A DNA stretch of 39,201 nt from a virus (lineage: Duplodnaviria > Caudoviricetes): IMG/VR virus record IMGVR_UViG_3300032024_000227, positions 1 through 39,201 of that record, one strand, 5' to 3'. Shown here piece after piece: positions 35,728 through 39,201 of this stretch (position 1 is the first letter of the stretch; every line of letters begins with the position of its first letter). Both the position numbers and the translations under genes were made by a program. The notes beneath the pieces were generated by a model. It saw only the letters and a list, made by a program, of their open reading frames with translations. It ran no database searches and was not told the origin of the DNA.

Positions 35728-36245
35728 CGTCCGCCTCCATGCGCGGTCAGCGCGTCCAGCTTCTTCCGCCACTGCCGCTCCTCGACAGTCAGCTCACCCC
35801 GCCGTACCCGGATCTCCCCGATCTTCGCCAGCGCCAGGATCTCCGCCGGGACCAACTCGTAGCCCCGCACCCTGGCCAAGTACCGCAACGCCTCATCGTC
35901 GTCCGTCGCCGCGCAGAAGGCCGCGAGCCAGGCGGCCGGAAAGCGATACGGCTCCTTCTCGCACGAGGCGCCCAGGTAGTTGCGCAGCATATGCACGCTC
36001 GCGTGCTTGTCCTGCTCCCCGTAGCCCAGCAGCGCGCGAATCTGTCCGGCGATCGCCTCCGCCTTCTTCCCGGTCACCAGCGCCTTGCGCATCGCCTCGT
36101 TCAACAGCCCCACAAACTGCCGCTCGATGGCGTAGCCGCCGGGGATTTCCAACGCCCCGGCCGCTTCTGCCGCCGTGAGCGCCGCCTCAAAGTCCAGCGC
36201 CATCTGCCGCCCGTCGACCTCCACCGATTGCCTGCGTTTAGACAT
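35724..36245 (-). CDS. Phage regulatory-like protein (possibly CII-related)
   Basis: SVHMLRNY...RFPAAWLAAFCAAT...GYELV pattern recalled from Mu-like early genes. Confidence 0.55.
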   Translation of the reverse strand: MSKRRQSVEVDGRQMALDFEAALTAAEAAGALEIPGGYAIERQFVGLLNEAMRKALVTGKKAEAIAGQIRALLGYGEQDKHASVHMLRNYLGASCEKEPYRFPAAWLAAFCAATDDDEALRYLARVRGYELVPAEILALAKIGEIRVRRGELTVEERQWRKKLDALTAHGGGR

Positions 36246-36277
36246 TGCAAGTCTCTTTCATGGTCGCTATACTCCCA

Positions 36278-36832
36278 TCATGTTTGCTGCGGTCGTCTTG
36301 ATGTGTGCGTTTCCCACGCAGTCGGTGTACAGCGCCGGTCGCACGCGGGTGGAGATCCCGAGCGCCGACCTGCTGTACTGGGGCAACCGGCCCGGCCGCC
36401 CGGCAGCGACCCGATCTGGTTGAGCGCGGCGAGCCGGGCGCCCCTGGTGGCCCACTTCGAGGGGATGAGCTGCCCATTGACGTAGGCCCACACCAGATGG
36501 GTGACGGCGATCTTGTACTGGATCGCCTTCGGCTGCCTCGACTCCATGCAAATGAGTTGCAGCCCGATCGGATCGTAGACCTCGACCTGCTCGCGGGTGA
36601 CAAAACGCCCGCCTTCAACACACGTCAATTTGACGTGTGTTGCGAACTGCCTGACGTATGGATTTCTTTGAATAATCCGGTCGACACCTTCTTGGGGACG
36701 AGTCATTTCCAAGAATTTCCCGATGGCACGGCGGGTATAGCGAGGCTTGCCGTCGATCCAGCAGGTCTCAGAGAGGGTTAGACCCTCGAATTGGAAAGGA
36801 ATCGGGGTGATGGGTACGACCGTTGTGGCCAT
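36278..36832 (-). CDS. BRO-N-like antirepressor/DNA-binding protein, possibly truncated
   Basis: FQFEG...IDGKPRYTRRAIGKFLE...EGGRFVTREQVEVY...GLQLICMESRQPKA; GGAGG RBS. Confidence 0.7.
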   Translation of the reverse strand: MATTVVPITPIPFQFEGLTLSETCWIDGKPRYTRRAIGKFLEMTRPQEGVDRIIQRNPYVRQFATHVKLTCVEGGRFVTREQVEVYDPIGLQLICMESRQPKAIQYKIAVTHLVWAYVNGQLIPSKWATRGARLAALNQIGSLPGGRAGCPSTAGRRSGSPPACDRRCTPTAWETHTSRRPQQT

Positions 36833-36851
36833 CTTTACCTCCCGGCAGCCC

Positions 36852-37097
36852 TCATGCCGCGTGGCTGTTGGGCCAGAGATCGTCTTGGCGCAAGCCTAAG
36901 AGTCGCGCGATGGCCGGCCTGATGCGCTTCGCCCCAGATCGCCGCCCGGACAGCACGATAGTCACGGATTGGGACACACACCCTGCGATGCGCGCAACGT
37001 CTTTGACTTTAATGCCGCGCTCGATGAGCCGAGCCTTGACAAATCGGCCTTGCATGGCGCGCTTTTTTTGAAGTTCGGAGACTTGTTTTGTAATCAT
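36852..37097 (-). CDS. Ner/Cro-like HTH regulator
   Basis: VKARLIERGIKVKDVARIAGCVSQSVTIVLSG...AIARLLG...DLWP; divergent from repressor; alternative start 37055. Confidence 0.85.
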   Translation of the reverse strand: MITKQVSELQKKRAMQGRFVKARLIERGIKVKDVARIAGCVSQSVTIVLSGRRSGAKRIRPAIARLLGLRQDDLWPNSHAA

Positions 37098-37156
37098 GGT
37101 TGGAATATATCCAATGGACAAATAGCGTGTCAAGAGAAAAATCGTCCAACGGACAA
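37098..37156 (-). promoter_or_regulatory. Early promoter and operator-like repeats
   Basis: Minus-strand TTGACA(37133-37128)-N18-TATATT(37109-37104); TCCAAYGGACAA at 37110-37121 and 37145-37156. Confidence 0.7.
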
Positions 37157-37711
37157 CTTATTTTGGGGTCACTTGATATTCTTGAGCGCCTGAAGTCTGA
37201 GCTGCGCCTAAAAAACGACCTTCGGCTCGCCAGGCGACTCGGCATACCCATGCCCACACTGGCGAATTGGAAAAAACGCGGGCGGATCCCAGCGGGCGGG
37301 GTGGCGCGTATTGCCGTCGCGATCGGGCGATCGGTGGAGTGGGTGCGGACCGGCCTCCCCAGCGCCCTTGAAATTGCGACGGACACGGCTAAAGCCGTCG
37401 AAGCGGCCGGGAGTCCGGAAAGCTCGGTCGGGGCCGCCTTCCGTGTGACCTCGTTTGCTGGGGCGATGGAGGATTTATTAGGTGACGCAAAGGCTGTTGA
37501 CCTGCTGATCGAGGTGGCGCGCTATATAAAGGATGCGAAGAGGGAAGATCGTGACACCATCCGGCGGCTGTTGGAGGGCTTACAGGCGGGATCAGATGTG
37601 CGGACCCACCTAATCGGGCAGTTGCGGTTGATCGACAAGCTCGTCCAGGCCGAAAAGGGGGCGGCTCCGGACGAAGCCGAGGATAGTCCGCCGCGCGCGA
37701 AGGCGTCCTGA
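37100..37711 (+). CDS. CI-like prophage repressor (N-terminal HTH, no visible S24 peptidase domain)
   Basis: ILERLKSEL...LARRLGIPMPTLANWKKRGRIP...SVEWVRTG; true start probably GTG 37127 or later. Confidence 0.85.
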   Translation: MEYIQWTNSVSREKSSNGQLILGSLDILERLKSELRLKNDLRLARRLGIPMPTLANWKKRGRIPAGGVARIAVAIGRSVEWVRTGLPSALEIATDTAKAVEAAGSPESSVGAAFRVTSFAGAMEDLLGDAKAVDLLIEVARYIKDAKREDRDTIRRLLEGLQAGSDVRTHLIGQLRLIDKLVQAEKGAAPDEAEDSPPRAKAS

Positions 37712-37748
37712 CGGCATTGTCGAAATAGTGGTGTTACGGGTAGGGTAG

Positions 37749-37997
37749 TTGATGCGGCGTTTTCTGTTCACGGCGGCCGTGTTCTGGTGTCTCCTAACCG
37801 GGAGCCTTCTTTCCGGCACAGCCTCAGCCCACCGCTCTGGCTGTCATCGCTGGCACACCTGCCCATCAGATCATGGCACCTACGGAGCCCGCGAGTCTGC
37901 GCGGCCACATCAGCGCAGCAGCTCGAGCAAGGGTACCCCTCGGTCTGTGCCCGCTAACCGAAAGACTGGTTCATCTCGGCCCCACCGAAGTAAATAG
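37749..37997 (+). CDS. Small secreted His/Cys-motif protein (moron)
   Basis: Signal peptide ending ASA, then HRSGCHRWHTCPSDH and a basic low-complexity tail. Confidence 0.65.
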   Translation: MMRRFLFTAAVFWCLLTGSLLSGTASAHRSGCHRWHTCPSDHGTYGARESARPHQRSSSSKGTPRSVPANRKTGSSRPHRSK

Positions 37998-38102
37998 CTC
38001 TCAGTGGATCCGCGTGGGGTTGTTGAAATTCTCCCCATCCTTATATTATAGATAGCGCGTTTGCTGGTTGACCGAACTGTTCTATGGAATGGGGGGCTGG
38101 CC

Positions 38103-38255
38103 ATGGGCTGGATTCTGATCGCCGTCGGCATCATCGGTATCCTGTTCGCCCGTCGCATCACGCGCCGAGTCATCCTACTGCGTTTCGTGGCAGTATGGAT
38201 TCTGCTCGCCGGTATCGGCGCCCTAGTAGAGCCAGAGCCCGCAAAGGCGTCCTGA
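38103..38255 (+). CDS. Small two-TM membrane protein (moron)
   Basis: MGWILIAVGIIGILF...FVAVWILLAGIGALV. Confidence 0.55.
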   Translation: MGWILIAVGIIGILFARRITRRVILLRFVAVWILLAGIGALVEPEPAKAS

Positions 38256-38296
38256 CGGCCTCGTCGAGATCCTCCCGGCTTGGCTTTAGAATCTTC

Positions 38297-38325
38297 TTGC
38301 TGGAAAAGCGGGGTGGGTGTACATT
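38297..38325 (+). promoter_or_regulatory. Sigma70-like promoter for the DUF2335 pair
   Basis: TTGCTG-N17-TACATT, then GAGGGG RBS. Confidence 0.5.
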
Positions 38326-38342
38326 TCCCTCGAGGGGAAGAG

Positions 38343-38531
38343 ATGACTGAGCGCTTAAAAACTATCCTTCGCGGTGTAGGTTCTGTGCTAGATATCTGCC
38401 CACCCGCCGATCCGGCGCAGGCGTCGATCCCCAAGACCCCAGCAGATCGAATGCGGCGGCCCTGGGAGCGCACTGGCCAAGCCCTCAAGCGTGCCATGGG
38501 CAGCGTTGAGCGTGAGCAAACCACCTCGTAA
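38343..38531 (+). CDS. Small protein upstream of DUF2335 gene
   Basis: ILRGVGSVLDICP...W...GQALKRAM; RBS and promoter upstream. Confidence 0.65.
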   Translation: MTERLKTILRGVGSVLDICPPADPAQASIPKTPADRMRRPWERTGQALKRAMGSVEREQTTS

Positions 38532-38901
38532 GTCCACTCCGTCGGCCCCGCCAGCCGTTTCCCATACCCAAGTCACGGCAAGCTTTTCCGGTCCCATACC
38601 ACCACCAGAGACGTTAGAGGGGTACAACCGGATCGTGCCGGGCGCCGCCGAGCGCATCCTGGCTATGGCTGAGACCGACGCCAAACATCTCCAGGCCTTC
38701 GAAATGGCCAACTTATCAGCGGTCCACTCCGCAGTACGTCGAGGGCAGGGGTATGGTCTTTGTATCGGGCTGGCGGCGCTCGCGACAAGCGCCTGGGCGC
38801 TCTTTTTGGGATACGAACAGGCCGCGATGGTGATTGGAGGGACAACGGTGGTCGGTTTAGTTACGGTATTTGTAGTTGGCCGGGTTAAGGGTCGCGGTTA
38901 A
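38491..38901 (+). CDS. DUF2335 membrane protein
   Basis: FSGPIPPPETLEGYNRIVPGAAERILAMAE plus two C-terminal TM helices. Confidence 0.85.
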   Translation: MPWAALSVSKPPRKSTPSAPPAVSHTQVTASFSGPIPPPETLEGYNRIVPGAAERILAMAETDAKHLQAFEMANLSAVHSAVRRGQGYGLCIGLAALATSAWALFLGYEQAAMVIGGTTVVGLVTVFVVGRVKGRG

Positions 38902-39143
38902 TGGTGGTGACATCCGCGACCGGCACACTATCTATTAAAGATAGGTAGATGAGCTTGTGCGTCTGTGGCGAGCGGTTAAGTTTTAAACCTGAAAGATGAT
39001 TTCCGGTGCCGCACTTTTATTTTGGAACCGTCTTTCGGGTTTATCGATTTTTCTCCACCATACAGTTCACACACGCGCGGCGGCCTTTTGCTGTAAGTAA
39101 GTTTCATCTTTCCTCAACTTCCGTTACACTTCCTCAAGATGGA

Positions 39144-39201
39144 CCAAGTCGTTTCCGGCCACTTACATAATACAACCCCGGGGGTATCCTCACTCTCTCC
39201 A
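39144..39201 (-). repeat. Terminal inverted repeat, repressor end
   Basis: Reverse complement reads TGGAG...GATA...GCCGGAAACGACTTGG with the motif starting 43 nt from the end (15/16 identical to the left copy). Confidence 0.85.

Larger units (their letters stand above)
37696..38270 (+). repeat. 31-bp imperfect direct repeats flanking two moron genes
   Basis: 37696-37726 and 38240-38270, 27/31 identical, core AAGGCGTCCTGACGGC. Confidence 0.8.
1..39201 (-). mobile_element. Complete Mu-like transposable (pro)phage with contractile tail
   Basis: TG...CA termini with symmetric inverted motifs; DDE transposase plus AAA ATPase, Gam, GemA, Mu gp27-gp28-gp29-gp30-I-T-gp36-G-gp37 order, sheath/tube/baseplate genes. 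Confidence 0.95.

Noticed and set aside
1725-36781. Many long + strand ORFs (e.g. 20472-22400, 16321-18033, 10642-11919)
   Set aside because: Antisense shadows of high-GC genes, with Arg/Pro-rich translations and no motifs; only 18717-18977 has independent support
39160-39174. TGTATT on the minus strand at 39174 resembles the Mu left end
   Set aside because: The symmetry of both ends only works with termini at 1 and 39201; there is no matching TG at position 28

Overview
The window appears to be one complete ~39.2 kb Mu-like (transposable) temperate phage, excised exactly at its ends. It starts TGGAG and ends CTCCA, and a 16-bp motif sits at positions 43-58 from each end in inverted orientation. 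Almost all genes are on the minus strand. Reading from 39201 down: moron genes and CI-like repressor (+), Ner-like regulator, BRO-like protein, DNA methyltransferase, DDE transposase and AAA ATPase, Gam and GemA, a small Xis/BldC-like HTH, lysis module, terminase, portal, MuF, protease, major head, then a P2/Mu-type contractile tail and fibre genes. No gin invertase, mom or Mor/C activator is recognisable. Most notable: (1) MuF carries a C-terminal HExxH metallopeptidase extension and faces a convergent small gene with its own promoter, a candidate toxin/immunity pair; (2) at least three families of REP-like palindromes have colonised the phage, many translated in frame; (3) three genes appear to be leaderless; (4) a moron cassette is bounded by 31-bp direct repeats; (5) a secreted zincin heads the lysis operon. 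All functional calls come from motifs and gene order read by eye. No searches were run and the host cannot be identified.
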